A DNA stretch of 64,000 nucleotides, taken from contig OX597823.1 in NCBI GenBank assembly GCA_951406725.2, positions 59,768,001 through 59,832,000 on the forward strand, in the 5' to 3' direction. The position numbers were made by a program, and so were the translations under genes. The notes beneath the pieces were generated by a model. It ran no database searches, was not told where the DNA came from, and worked only from the letters and a program-made list of their open reading frames with translations. This DNA comes from Octopus vulgaris (taxonomy: Eukaryota). Of the stretch, positions 25,681-40,069 are shown in pieces; the stretch's first letter is position 1; each line of letters opens with the position of its first letter.

Positions 25681-25760
25681 TTTCCTGATGAGAAGATTGC
25701 ATAATGCACCCTTTATTCCTTTGGAATGAAAACATGCTGCCTTCGAAACATATGTCGAGA
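25681..25760 (+). ncRNA. Type I hammerhead ribozyme with canonical core
   Basis: TTTC-CTGATGA-GAAG..CTTC-GAAAC-ATAT-GTC-GAGA; predicted GUC cleavage after 25756; palindromic ACATATGT. Confidence 0.8.
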
Positions 25761-25950
25761 GTAAAGAAATTTTGTTAACATCTTCGTTCGACTCCATTCT
25801 CTCATTTATTCATATACAACACACAAATTTCTGCATATGAACCCGGAGTTTCTACCCTTGGACAACCGTGTTTCTGACGTGAATTTGCTACCGAGGTTTC
25901 GGTTAAACGAATTTTCCATGCTGACGATAAACATAGGATAATTCATTCAC

Positions 25951-26022
<72 letters not shown>

Positions 26023-26329
26023 GCACATATGTGTAAGAAGACAAGCGAAAGAAAAGGGCACTCAGCACATTTAGTATGAGTTACATGTATTGTGTAAAAC
26101 AGTTTGATTTTGCTCCATGTTTGCAAGCTCCTACTAGGAGCCCATCCTTCTGTTTTTACCAGCAATGCACTTTGATGTAAATAAATGAATTATTAGAGTC
26201 TAGATCAATGTTTCTCACTTTGGATTGTACCACTCTTTTGGACTTGCTTGGATCTTATAATCTTGAGGTAGATGTCAAAATCTGCTATGTGGTGTAATGG
26301 GTTTTTTTTCTTAGAAATATATCCTTGTT

Positions 26330-26657
26330 TGTGAAGGCACATGACCCGGTGGTTAGATCGTTGGGCTCACAATCATGCAGTAATGAGTTTGAATCCTGGA
26401 CTGTGTTTTATGTTCTTGAGCAAGACACTTTATTTCACGTTGTTCCATTTCATTCAGTTGTAGAAATGAGGTGCCAAGCTGTATCAGCTTTTGTCTCTCT
26501 CTTGGATAACATTAGTGGTGTGGCGAGTGGGGGCTGGTATGCCTGGGTGACTGCAGACATTCTTTCCAGAAACAACCTTTCCTGGACTTGTGCTTCGAAG
26601 GGGAACTTTCTAGGTGCAATCCTATGGTCATTCATAACTGAAGGGTGTCTTTACCCT
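26330..26657 (+). mobile_element. SINE family C (tRNA head, CORE-like centre)
   Basis: GAGTTTGAATCC B-box-like, CTTGAGCAAGACACTTTATTTC; homologous to 29393-29744 in opposite orientation. Confidence 0.85.
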
Positions 26658-29324
26658 TCACCCGCACCCTATAATATTGTTCACTCTTACATGTTACAGA
26701 CTGCACATCAAAATTCTTTCAGCTATGTCCATCCTGTCTTGTATGGTATACAGATAAGAAGTGTATGCATTGTCAAGTGCATCCTTTCTCTGTTAGAATA
26801 ATATGAAAATTGGCTGCTATTTCTAGTATGTTGAGACAAAATATTTTCTGTGCTTGCTTGCACTACGGTGCTATGGTAACGCTTATTTCCTTCAAAGGAA
26901 CTTATTTCTGGCAAACAGTCTGAGTATTACGAGAACAGTACAGAGTAGTTGACACAAAAAGAGCTAATGACCTTTTATGCAGCTGGCTGGTTTATGATTT
27001 ATCAACTCGTGACCTGTTGGGTCTCTCTAACATACAAGATATAAACACTGAGTTGCTGGCTGGTAATTACTGATGTAATGATGAAAAATAGCAAACTAAA
27101 CAAAAGCGCTTAATAAAACTTCAACAATTCTAACAAACCTAATTTGTGCTTTGTGGCATTACTATATATATATATACAGAGAGAGAGATTTACACACACA
27201 CATATATATATATATATATGCATATATATATATATATATGTCTATGTATCCATATATATACATACACATATATCCATATGTGTTTATATATATGCATATG
27301 TATAAATATATATATATACATATATACATACACATATATATATATATATATATATGCTTATATTCAATTCAAAAAATTAACAAAGGTATTTTTCTTGCAA
27401 AATACTAATAATAAATATTAACAAAAAAAATGGGAAAAGAAGATGAAAATGAAAATGAAATGAAGATTGTATTTCCATAAAATATTTGCAATTTAACTTA
27501 GTGTGCTGCAAAAGAAATGGTATATTAGTCAATGTGGAAGAAACCTAGTCGAATGTAAAAAGAATATATTAAAGATCTTCAGACAGTCACTCATGCATAA
27601 AACTAGACTGATATATGTATAAATTGTTGTCCAGTCAAACATAAGGTTTTTATCTATCCAATCTGTTATTAAAATTAAATTTTCTTCTGTACAAAAATGT
27701 CTTTATTTCTTTGTTATTTTTGTAATTTTTTTAAAATTTCTATTTTATTTTATTTTATTTTAAACTTTTTTCGTGTGGGTGAAGGTGGGGCTGTTATCTT
27801 TTGAAGTATAAGAATTTTAAAATGCTCTTTGATTTATGAAAAACAAAAATACAAACACACACACAAAAATGTAAGGATACAAATAAACGAAGTGTTTGCA
27901 GCAATATTTCCCACCTTCCCAACTCCTTAGTTTCATTCCCACCCCTGCCTCTGATCAACCACTCTCCACCTCAAAAGAGGTTTGTTACTGAAGAAAGTTT
28001 CTTTAATTACAATCTAAAACATTGTTATTTCTTCTGAATCACATGAAAAATCAGCTTATGATTATCATATTCAATGGCAATTTAGATTGTTGAGTGTCAT
28101 CAGGACTTAAACATAATTTATAGCAGTAATAAAATTCTACCATCTCAACGATGCCAAATAAATATGAATTGTCCTTACTCTTCATCATAGCCTTGATGGT
28201 CACATCCTTAAGGCAAAGTTTGCTTTCCAATCATGACTTTCTAGGTTCGATCTCTCTATACAGATCCTTGGGTAAGTGTTATTTTAACAGAGTCAGCTGC
28301 AAAATTAAGTGAAATTGACGAGATTGAAATTATTTGGAAGCTGTACTTGATATTGTTGTTGTTATTTAGCTTTAGATCAGCACTGATTGAGCAGACAAGA
28401 CAGAAGATCAAAGGCATAAGACCATAAAAAATTATGAGAATTTGTGAAATGACTGCTATCTCTAGCAGGTCAAGCAACCATGTAGATATCTCCCTCCTTC
28501 TTTGTGTTCGTGATCTGAACCGACCATAAAACAATCTGAGAACGGACACAATAATTTTTGTAGAAAATTTGATAACAGAGAAACTGTCAACGAATTTAGA
28601 AACTCAAACAGAATGACAAACTTAAAATATCCGTTTTATTTAAATCCACTCAACAGAAATCGCGGCACCAGGTGGTGTAAACTGAACGTAAGAAACCAAA
28701 GATAATCATGCTTACTAAAACTTTTCGAAACCACAAATTAAAGAAAAACAATTACCAAATATCGAAACGGAAAAGAAACTTGGCACCTTAATTTACTCAT
28801 GAAAAATGATTTAATAAATAAGGAAAATTTTTAACAATCAAAGAAATACCTAATGAACATTGAAAGCAAAACAAATAATCTGTACAGATTCCCAAAAATT
28901 TACAACACACATTGAACTCTTGATTTTTGTCAACTAACACAGATATATAAATGGAAAAACTTTTCAACAGCCAACGATTCGTGACGGTCCCTGAAGGGAC
29001 AAAAGCCTTCAATAAATATTTATTTATCTAAATTCTGACTGCCTTTACAATAAATAAGATCTGTAAAAAACTACAAACAAATCTACTCACACACACATGC
29101 AAGGATATATATATATATTCAATTTGTGCTACATATGTTTCAATAGCATGATAATTTATTTGTAATTACATTAAACAAAAAATGTAGTCATGTACGTGAT
29201 TAAATGGGTGGTGTTCTGTAAAACGTAATGCACGAATTATGAACAGACTACTATGCTAATAAAGCATGTTGCACGGATTAAATTACCATTGTCCATCAAT
29301 GTCATTGTATTATATACACACACA

Positions 29325-29887
<563 letters not shown>

Positions 29888-30139
29888 TATACATATATAT
29901 ACATATATATACATATATATATACATAGATACGTGTATATATATATATATATAAAATAATAATAAATTGAGGGAATATTATTCATAACTTACAGGGAAAA
30001 ATTCAATTTAGAAATACTAAATCAAATTTCACAAAATATAATATATATATAAAACACCTTTTATCAATTCAAAATGAACAATTAAATTACATGATCTAGA
30101 TAATTACATAAAATAGAAATATTAAAAATAATATATAAT

Positions 30140-30189
<50 letters not shown>

Positions 30190-30547
30190 ATGTGTATGTC
30201 TGAATGAGTGGTTGTGCTATATAAATATATGTAGAAATAATAGATATACAAACAGTGATAATTTAGCTATATATATATATATATATATATACAGTAAGAG
30301 AGGGAGTAACAGGGGTGATATATATCCAGGTAGATACCGAATTTGTCCGAGTACAATACCAAGGCTGGTTCCTTCAGATGGTGCGTTGCTTTTTTTTTGT
30401 TAAACGAATTTCCTTTAGCTCTCATCCACTGTTACAGTTTATTTCTTGTCTACTCAAAGTATAAAGTACAATATTGATACTAAGGAGAATGAAGAATTTG
30501 AACATTGAAACTTTATGTTTATTTCGAGGTAGTTTAATGATAATAAT

Positions 30548-30639
30548 TGCCCTACATGTGTTTCGATCACACTAACTGCATATTGTTGTATATTTTTATG
30601 CAGTGACTTATGCATTATTACTATGATCTCTTCAGAGCA
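30548..30639 (-). ncRNA. Type I hammerhead ribozyme motif
   Basis: Minus strand TGCT-CTGAAGA-GATCA..TGATC-GAAAC-ACAT-GTA-GGGCA; stem I needs a one-base bulge. Confidence 0.7.
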
Positions 30640-31176
30640 TATAAATATGGCATTGTTCGAAGAGGTATTTTCCTCTGCTTTTAGTTGGAATTAAGCTTGG
30701 TTGTAGTAGTAAACCATGACATTCTTCCATGATAAAATTTTAATCAACTGATTGTGTGGGTAAAATTCAGAAGCAGCAGCAGCACGCTGCTGTTTTCTCT
30801 AAATTTCACTACAATAACTATATTAATAAAGCTGCATATAAAGAATATAGGAATTGAGTTCAGTTCATAAGATCATATATATTACCTAAAAACACTTTAA
30901 AACATTAATAATAAGTTACAAGAATTTAAAATACAACTGATTACTTTTTTTAATAACCACATGATTCTTACAGCCTCGTAACTATAAGATATGTAGAATC
31001 AATCAAAAATAAGTATTCTATAAATAAATACTCTCCACGTAGCCAAGAGCATTTGCCAACTTCAACAAACACTGCTACTGTTGCTCTTGAATTTTACCCA
31101 AACAATCAGGTGGGAAAAACTTCTCATGGAAGAACCTCATGATTTGCTACTACAACTAAGCCCAGTTCAAACTAAA

Positions 31177-31600
31177 TACTCTTTACTCTTTACTCTTTTA
31201 CTTGTTTCAGTCATTTGACTGCGGTCATGCTGGAGCACCGCCTTTAGTCGAGCAAATCGACCCCGGGACTTATTCTTTGTAAGCCCAGTACTTATCTATC
31301 AGTCTCTTTTTGCCGAACCGCTAAGTGACGGGGACGTAAACACACCAGCATCGGTTGTCAAGCAATGTTGGGGGGACAAACACAGACACACAAACATATA
31401 AACACACATACACACACATATATATATACATATATACGACAGGCTTCTTTCAGTTTCCGTCTACCAAATCCACTCACAAGGCATTGGTCGGCCCGGGGCT
31501 ATAGCAGAAGACACTTGCCCAAGATACCACGCAGTGGGACTGAACATGGAAACATGTGGTTGGTTAGCAAGTTACTTACCACACAGCCACTCCTGCGCCT
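31177..31600 (-). mobile_element. SINE family A, full length
   Basis: Near reverse complement of 22691-23107. Confidence 0.92.
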
Positions 31601-31786
31601 ATGTGGAGTAAAATTTCTCTTCGAACAATGCCATACTTATGTGCCCTGAAGAAATCATACTAATAATGCATAAATCGCTGCATATACTTATGTAACAATA
31701 TCCAGTTTTGTGCGATCAATTATTATTAATAAACTAACTCGAAATAAACAAAAACCTTAAATGTTCATATTCTTCATTCTCATTAT

Positions 31787-31834
<48 letters not shown>

Positions 31835-31843
31835 TACATTTCT

Positions 31844-31905
<62 letters not shown>

Positions 31906-32264
31906 TAATGTGTGTGTGCTTGTTTATATATTTGCATTTATATATATATTGCATAAATACATATAATGCAGATTTTTTCCAGATGTTGAACTCCGTTGTA
32001 CATTTCTCAAGCAGATATATATCAGTACTCTGTACATCTTATGTTGGGAGAAATATACTACTTATTGACAAATTTGTGCTAACGTGTGATACTCCACTAT
32101 GTTCCAAGTCTATATCATATGTATGCACACACACACACATATGTCTAGTTAGATAGATACATGCATATAGATATATTTATATATATAACATATATGTGCG
32201 TGTGTGTGTATGCATACATAAGATCACGCACACGCATATATATATATATATATATAAATATATG

Positions 32265-32325
<61 letters not shown>

Positions 32326-32634
32326 GCATATACATGTACTTATATATTCGTAGCTGTGTACATATATGTCTGCATTTGTGTGTATGATTGGGTGCGGGCA
32401 AGCTTCCACATTTGCAAATGTTCTCAAGATTGTGCGTAGGTTTTGATTTCTAGGTTTTAAAAAAAGTGAAAATTATTTGACCTAATTTGACGAATTTCCA
32501 TGAAGGAATTGTAAGTTACTTATCATTCCAGTATTCTGACCTATATACATCTGTGTGTTTGTGTGCATGTGTTTGCGTGTGTGTGTATTTATATATATAT
32601 ATATGTGTATGTGTGTATATGTGTGTGCGTATAA

Positions 32635-32685
<51 letters not shown>

Positions 32686-32709
32686 ATGAATGTATGTATA
32701 TGTGTGTGC

Positions 32710-32761
<52 letters not shown>

Positions 32762-33245
32762 GCTTTTATTTATTATAAATATATTACAGAACATTTGAGA
32801 AATTCAAGAAGCAATATATTCAATTGATCCAGATTCTGTTAATTTAATTTATGTTAATCCAGAAAATCATTAAATCGTTCCGGTTATGTTCTAAATTGTG
32901 CTTATTCTAATGTTTCTGCAGTTTAAAACTTAGAGAGAATCACTTCGAATTTTCTTGTCCTGTTAGTTCTAAATTTTCACCAGATTGCACATCCGCGTGC
33001 ACACACGCAAAAATTTATGCATATCTACACGCAAACATATGAATATGCATATATACACATACCTATATATATATATATATATATGCGCTTGGCTTAGATT
33101 TTCCTTTGGGGCTGGCCACATCGGAGCAATCTCAAGATTAATGATCCGGTTCTTGACTGATGATTGAAGGCTTCGAATGTCCCGTCCGTGTTTTTTGTAT
33201 CGTCTTCTAAATGTTTTCCGTTCTTGTCCCAGTTTGTATTTTTTT

Positions 33246-33319
<74 letters not shown>

Positions 33320-33322
<3 letters not shown>

Positions 33323-33662
33323 CGTAAGTAAGTAGCTTGCTTACCAACGTGGCACCTTGGGCAAGTGTCTTCTACTATAGCCTTGGGACAACCCAAGCCT
33401 TGTGAGTGGATTTGGTAGACAGAAACCGAAAGAAGCCCATCGTATGTGTGTGTGTGTGTTTGTTTGTCTGTGTTTGTCCGCCCACTATCGCTTGACAACC
33501 CGATGTTGGTGTGTTTACGTCCCGGTAACTTAGCGGTTCAGTAAAAGAGATCAGTAGAATAAGTACAAGGCTTACAAAGAATAAGTCCTGCGGTCAGTTT
33601 ATTCGACTAAAGGTGGTGGTCCAGCATGGCCGCAGTCAAATGATTGAAATATATAAAAGAAT
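33320..33662 (+). mobile_element. SINE family A with deletions in the head
   Basis: Core and tail match; A-box and B-box segments are missing. Confidence 0.85.
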
Positions 33663-33675
33663 ATATGAATATATT

Positions 33676-33736
<61 letters not shown>

Positions 33737-34171
33737 GTATATATATAGAAACCATATCAGTCAGCCAAGGATATGAATACTGCAAGTAAATGACGATCCA
33801 TGTACATACATACATACATATATATCACACTCGCACACATATATATATACATATGTGTGTATGTGTGCATGTTTGTGTCTGTGCGTATGTGTGTGTGTGT
33901 GTTTGTGTGTGTGATTAACTCTCCCATCAAAGACGATGTATGAGAGTTCAGTTTTTGCCAAACGACCTGCACGAATGAATTGTTTATAGAGATCAAATGT
34001 CCGTGACACACATTAGCTCGCTCTCTCCATCAAACCGACGTTGTCTGAACAGGTGCACTGCGTGTCACGCGTCAGGTGTCGAAATAAGTGTAGAGCAATG
34101 TGAGGTGAAATGTTTTGCTCAAGAACACAATGCACCACTCAGTCTAGGAATTGATACCATTTCTATCTATC

Positions 34172-34568
34172 GCTCAGAGTGAAAGGTAGATTGTACGATG
34201 CGTGTGTGCGAACTGCCATGCGTCAAGGCAGTGAAACATGGGCCGTGACTGCGGAGGACATGCGTAGACTCGAAAGAAATGAAGCTAGCATGATCTGCTG
34301 GATGTGTAATGTCAGTGTGCACTAACAACAGAGTGTAAGCGCCCTGGGAGAAATGCTGGATATAAGAAGCATCAGATGTGCTGTGCAAGCGAGACGTTTG
34401 CGCTGGTATGGTCATGTACTACAAATGGATGAGGAGAGATATGTGAAGAAGTGCCACTCCCAAACAGTTGAAGGAATCCGGAGTAGAGATAGACCCAGGA
34501 AGACATGGGATGAGGTGGTCAAGCATGTCCTTCGAACGTTGGGCCTTACAGAGGCAATGACGAAAGAC
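34172..34568 (+). mobile_element. RTE-clade LINE C-terminal fragment
   Basis: LRVKGRLYDACVRTAM..GSETWAV..RRLRWYGHVLQMDEERYVKK..RDRPRKTWDEVV. Confidence 0.88.
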
Positions 34569-35126
34569 CTGTATATTCAAACATGCACAGAATATTGGTT
34601 GACACAGAGTACTATAATCCATATAAATATACATTCTTTGGTGACAAGATTATGTTGAGAATATAAAAAAGTTTAACAAACTCATTGAAATAATGGGCAC
34701 AAAAGATTACAACAAACATATTATACATCTCAAGATAATTTCCAGGAGGTATTATTAAAAAAGTTCAGTATACACGTACAGGATATTATGAGTTCAAAAA
34801 AATTTACATTATAATAGTGGTGAAGCTAGTTCCACATTTCTCCTCCTAAAATGGACAGGTCAGTTTTAGCTTCACCACTATTATAATGTAAATCTTTTTG
34901 AACTCATAATATTCTGTACGTGTATACTGAACTTCTTTAATAATTCCTCCTGGAAATTATCTTGAGATGTATAATATATTTGTTGTAATCTTTTGTGCCC
35001 ATTATTTCAATGAGTTTGTTAAACTTTTTTATATTCTCACCATACTCTTGTCACCAAAGAATGTATATTTATATGGATTATAGTACTCTGTGTCAACCAA
35101 TATTCTGTACATGTTTGAATATACAG
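34569..35126. repeat. Near-perfect palindrome, 260 bp arms, 38 bp spacer
   Basis: 34569-34828 is the reverse complement of 34867-35126 with few mismatches. Confidence 0.95.
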
Positions 35127-35489
35127 ATACAATACCAATATCAATTCCTTCTGGAAACTATCTTAAGCATGTCCTTGAGAACGATTAATTATGTAGTAAT
35201 CTTTTGTGCCCAATATTTTAAGGAACTTGTTGAACTTTTTTATGTCCTTAACATGTCCCTGTTACCAAAGATTGTATATATGTAATGTAGCAATTTGCAA
35301 CAACCAATAATTAACGCAACCAAACTTCTACATGTTACTTTTGACAATCTTTTTCCAAAGAGTGAAACCGGTAAAGTAAATAAATATCTTTTAAATTGCA
35401 TTTTCAAACCTTCTTTCGTATATAATTCCACTCGTGCGGTACCCCACAACTCCACTTTGTTACATATATATATATATATATATATATAT

Positions 35490-35670
35490 AGGGAGAATTC
35501 ACGAAAAAACAAAAGACGAAGATAGGTGGTGTAGAAAACAAACAGATGTATTAGTATAATATTCAGGAATTGAAAAAGTCTTTTACTTTTCGAGCCTACG
35601 CTCTTCCACAGAAAGGAACACAGAAAGAAACATGGAGAGAAAAAATATGTGTAGTGACTACCGATCTATT
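35490..35670 (-). mobile_element. Short Penelope-like derived repeat, family of 24012-24178
   Basis: Minus strand CTTTCTGTGGAAGAGCGTAGGCTCGAAAAGTAAAAG. Confidence 0.65.
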
Positions 35671-36370
35671 AGAGAGAGAGAGAGAGAGAAATAGATAGAC
35701 AGATAGATCGATAGAAAAAGAGAGAGAGATAAAACAGAGTTATTTTATTCCACACGGGTAGATATATATGAAAACTAAACTTTAGCCACTGGTCTACATA
35801 CAAACGACTCCTGTCTACTCTCCTACCAGACAGATTAAATTTGGAGTGCCTTGCTTATAACTAAACATGTTCACTCAGCCGTGTTGGCCATCTTTTTAGG
35901 CGCAAAATATACTGTCACCTGACGATATTGGACGAACATAGCGGGAAACGTACAAAAGGTTATAAAATTAATAATGTGTTCATTCTCTACAAATACTTGA
36001 CAAAAAACATTCAGAGCATTGATTGTTTGGAAATGTTCAGTCAACCGCGTCAGCCTTAACTTACGACACCAAACATTCACTTGATACTATCACACGGACG
36101 TAGCGGGGAACCTACAAAAATTTCCAAGACCAGTCATGTGACTACCCTTTACCAATCAAATATTGTTCAATAATCTGAGCCATGAACTTCCTATAAAAAT
36201 AGGGAAATCTTCAAACAGTAATCAAAAGCAAGACAGCTGCAACATAAGCCACGTCTTTCTATTTAAAATTTTTGAAAATCAGTGTAAACTGTGAAACCGA
36301 CTAAAGCTTTAGACATATTAATAAATTATATTTTAACTATTCTCAGTGCATTTTCAACCTCTGCTTTCCT

Positions 36371-36425
<55 letters not shown>

Positions 36426-36430
<5 letters not shown>

Positions 36431-36460
36431 CTGCAAAGCCCGGTTTCGCCCGGTCATTTT
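36426..36460 (-). mobile_element. Possible Helitron-like 3' terminus
   Basis: Minus strand CCGG-GCGAAA-CCGG hairpin about 10 nt before CTAT in a TA tract. Confidence 0.4.
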
Positions 36461-36749
36461 GGATGATGTGGCTGTAAAACCACTGTCAATAAAGTAGGTA
36501 CCCTGTCCCCAAAATTGCAAACTTAGTGCTTATAGTAGAAAGGCTTCTATTAAAGCATTATAATCTACGACGTTTTCTCTGTTCCTTTTCAATACATAGC
36601 ACTTGAACTTTACATTCCACCTTAGAATTAGTAAAGACAATCTAACCACTCCAGAAACGCGTGCTGAAATCAGAACAGATCTACAGCACCCATACCCTTG
36701 ATAATGTGTCACACCTTTCTATGTATCTCTTGAACTGTACACTTTATAA

Positions 36750-36808
<59 letters not shown>

Positions 36809-37245
36809 TGTGTGCTTGTTTGTACTTATATATGAATGTTTGTAAATTGCGTTTTTGTATTAGGTTTGCAAAATTTTTGATGTGAACTTATTTGTTGAAA
36901 CAGACTTTTTGGGATCTCAAGTGGGTCTCTATGTAAAATAATGAATACACTCACTGTTTCTTGTTCACTTCTTTTAATATTAATCAACACCGAGTTGTAA
37001 CAGTCCTCAACTGAAGATCGCAGTGGCGTGTAACTTAAGTCATGTGGCAAAATCTGTTTTAGTTTCAGTAAAAAAAACGCATAGCCTGTTTAACATGTAT
37101 TGACCACTTCTTTCTCATACACCTGACATGAACTAGCATGCGTATATGTATGTACGTGTCGCCCCGTACTATAACCGGGCTCTGGCTACCAGAGATTTCA
37201 AGGATAATATTAGTTACATGCCAGACCTTGCACCCCCCCCCCCCC

Positions 37246-37560
37246 GAGAAAGCACCACCGGAAAGTACTGTGGCTCATGCTGCCATTCTCTTTAAATGTT
37301 AAGACTAGAGTGTGTAAGATCTTCCTTTGTTTAGTTGGTATACACTTCCCCCGTGCAAATAGATTCAGCAAAATATTTAATAGACGCACTCTTAGATTAT
37401 CCTTTAGCTGTGCACCTAGTGTAAAAAAAGGAGATTATTGGGTAGGCCCACACTGGAGGCAGAGGCGTGATGCTCATTCAGGGGTAGGACAACTTGTCCA
37501 CTAAATGGCCACGGCAATACAGAGATAGTTGTTTATGTAGCGTAAGTAACAACAACAGAA
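37246..37560 (+). mobile_element. Penelope-like element fragment (RT-endonuclease linker and start of GIY-YIG)
   Basis: RKVLWLMLPFSLNVKTRVCKIFLCLVGIHFP..SKIFNRRTLRLSFSCAPSV, then TCPLNG..VVYVA*VTTT. Confidence 0.8.
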
Positions 37561-37699
37561 GAGAGAAGAACAGAGAGCAGTCACCATATTCCCTTCCATA
37601 TCGGCTAACTATGATGAGAGTAAAGTTATACAATTGGATTGTTACCTAACACTCCATTGTATTCTTTACTTGAAACCGATTCGTAAGATAAGCCATGAT

Positions 37700-37744
<45 letters not shown>

Positions 37745-39044
37745 TGCAATACCAATATCTTATGATATATACATTAAAACACCATAAACTGAAAAGCTAT
37801 GAACTCCTAAACAAGTTTAACCTTGCAGGAACCAGAATTTCAATGACAGATGACTTAGAGTCACAAGAACACAAAATACAAATGATTCACAGTCAACAAG
37901 CCCATCAAACGTATACATCCATCTTCAGCTGCCTGATAGATATCATTATGGTTTCGACACTTGGGCAGTACCATTCAATCCGGCACTGTCAAAAACATTA
38001 AAATCATAACCGTTCCATGGGAATTAACAGACAAGAAGCAATAGTGAAACAGCTCAGTATATCTTTTACGTCTACACTTACTTATTTTTTATATATACAA
38101 ACATTAAATTTCAAATATTAATCATTACATATTTATTGTTATGAAGCAAAGAAATTAAACAATTACAGGAAACAAAGACATCATCAAAATGGATATTGCC
38201 AACCCAAAGATTATAGAACTTAAAAACCATGAAATATTAAAACGATTCTGCAAAATAAATGTATTGAACAAACATCATTGAATATAGTTGAAAACACAGG
38301 CTTTTAATACATAAAATGAAAAATAATTATAACTTTTGGAATAATCCACCTAGAAATGTAAATACATAGATTAAATAAAGAACATAAGCCAATAGATATT
38401 GCTACCCAACAATTTATAACACATATCTGCAAAAAAGGAAATGTAATTAAAAGCTACAAAACACAAACTACCGAAACAGCATATCACTTTAACAATTAGG
38501 CTTGAGTCGCCTTCAAACAATACAATATGCGAATAAACCAATGTAGACTAATATCTGTTGAATATAAATTTTAATTATAGAAAATATATTTAAATGAATA
38601 TTTACACCGAAATACACATAAATAATATAAAATTGACCATAAAACACTAATTGTAACGAAAATATACACATATTCAAAATGAACTAAATATAAGTCAATA
38701 ACATGTCATTTTACCTATCAGGCATCGATCACCTATGACACAAGAATGATTCAGTGTAGTCCTATAATTATTAGATATAAACTTTAATTACAGAAAATAT
38801 ATTTAAGCCAATATTTCCACATGTAACAAAAAAAGAAATATATAATATAAAATTGATTGAATGCAACAAATAGTAACGAAATTTTTCCTTTTCATAAAAA
38901 CAACATAGTACCTAGGTATTGCAAACAACGTAACAAAAGCAAAGACTTAAGCTTTACTTAATCGCTGTTTTCTGCCAAAAGACTGATCGTATTCTCTGGA
39001 ACAGAAGCCCAGAATTACTTTCTAGCAGAAGGGACATTGTACAC

Positions 39045-39274
39045 TAGTGGTTCTTAACCATTTTTCCCATTGACCCCTTTGATTCCAATTTTACTCAACT
39101 GGTATCCCATTGTCATTATACTTTTATAATTAGATATTATTAGGAATTGTACAAAAAAGTGTTAAAATATGTTGTGCATTGCAGATGTATAACGAATTTA
39201 TTGAACATAAACTTCGGCAACGAAATCTTATAAGGAGTCCCAAGGATCATAAGATACTCGATTGAGAACTACTG
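39045..39274. mobile_element. hAT (Charlie-like) MITE with 8 bp target duplication
   Basis: TIRs TAGTGGTTCTTAAC / ATTGAGAACTACTG; flanks TTGTACAC and TTGTAAAC (7 of 8). Confidence 0.8.
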
Positions 39275-39770
39275 TTGTAAACTATAATACACAATAATAA
39301 TAGACAACCTTCCCCGCAAACTGTAAACCTAAAACATTGCAATCAGCACTAATTAAATTTAGCCATGCCATATATCTATACTAAACTTGAAACTTAGAGT
39401 TACAACAAATCTTTTCAGAACTTACTGTCTCCTCAAGCAATAGAAAAAAATATTTAACTAAGATTTTTTAAATGTAACGTCGTTTGACAGTGTCTACTAT
39501 CTTTACCCCGCCGCCTTCGCCAGCGCTGTCACTCCTCTCTCTCGCTGTCTCTCTCTCTCTCTCTCTCTCTCTACGTCTGTCTGCATTCATAGAGAGAATT
39601 ATTATCGCCACCACCATCACACAATCATGAGAACAAATATTATGAATCAGATATTTATTGGGTTAATTTATATATATGTGTGTGTGTGTGTGTGTTCTAT
39701 ATATAAATATGTATATATAATGTATATATACAAAGTGTATATATCTGTATATGTATATATATATATATGT

Positions 39771-39878
39771 ATCACGTGACCGACCAGACCATCAGATGTT
39801 GTTACACATCGCTGGTCACAATGCATTCACATTGTTTTAGCCTTCGAATGTCGCCACCCCGCTGGCTAAGCGAGCAGG

Positions 39879-39882
<4 letters not shown>
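39771..39882 (-). mobile_element. SINE family D 3' tail
   Basis: Reverse complement of about 8617-8732. Confidence 0.85.
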
Positions 39883-39921
<39 letters not shown>

Positions 39922-39967
39922 ATGCAATTGTATATATAATGAGTATATATGTACATATATATATTTA

Positions 39968-40016
<49 letters not shown>

Positions 40017-40069
40017 TTCCACCTGCCTTCGTCTTTTGTTTATTTTCATAAAGCTTCCCGTTATATATA

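Larger units (their letters stand above)
24830..25935 (+). mobile_element. Penelope-like element 3' portion: GIY-YIG endonuclease plus hammerhead-bearing terminal region
   Basis: GIY-YIG frame followed about 290 bp later by a complete hammerhead; bounded by (TA)n tracts. Confidence 0.8.
30505..31755. mobile_element. Divergent inverted pair of Penelope-like terminal repeats; right arm split by a SINE
   Basis: 30680-30783 is the reverse complement of 31075-31175; 30505-30680 of 31601-31755. Confidence 0.75.

Noticed and set aside
28663-28678. CTCF-like GCACCAGGTGGTG
   Set aside because: Single imperfect match with no supporting context.
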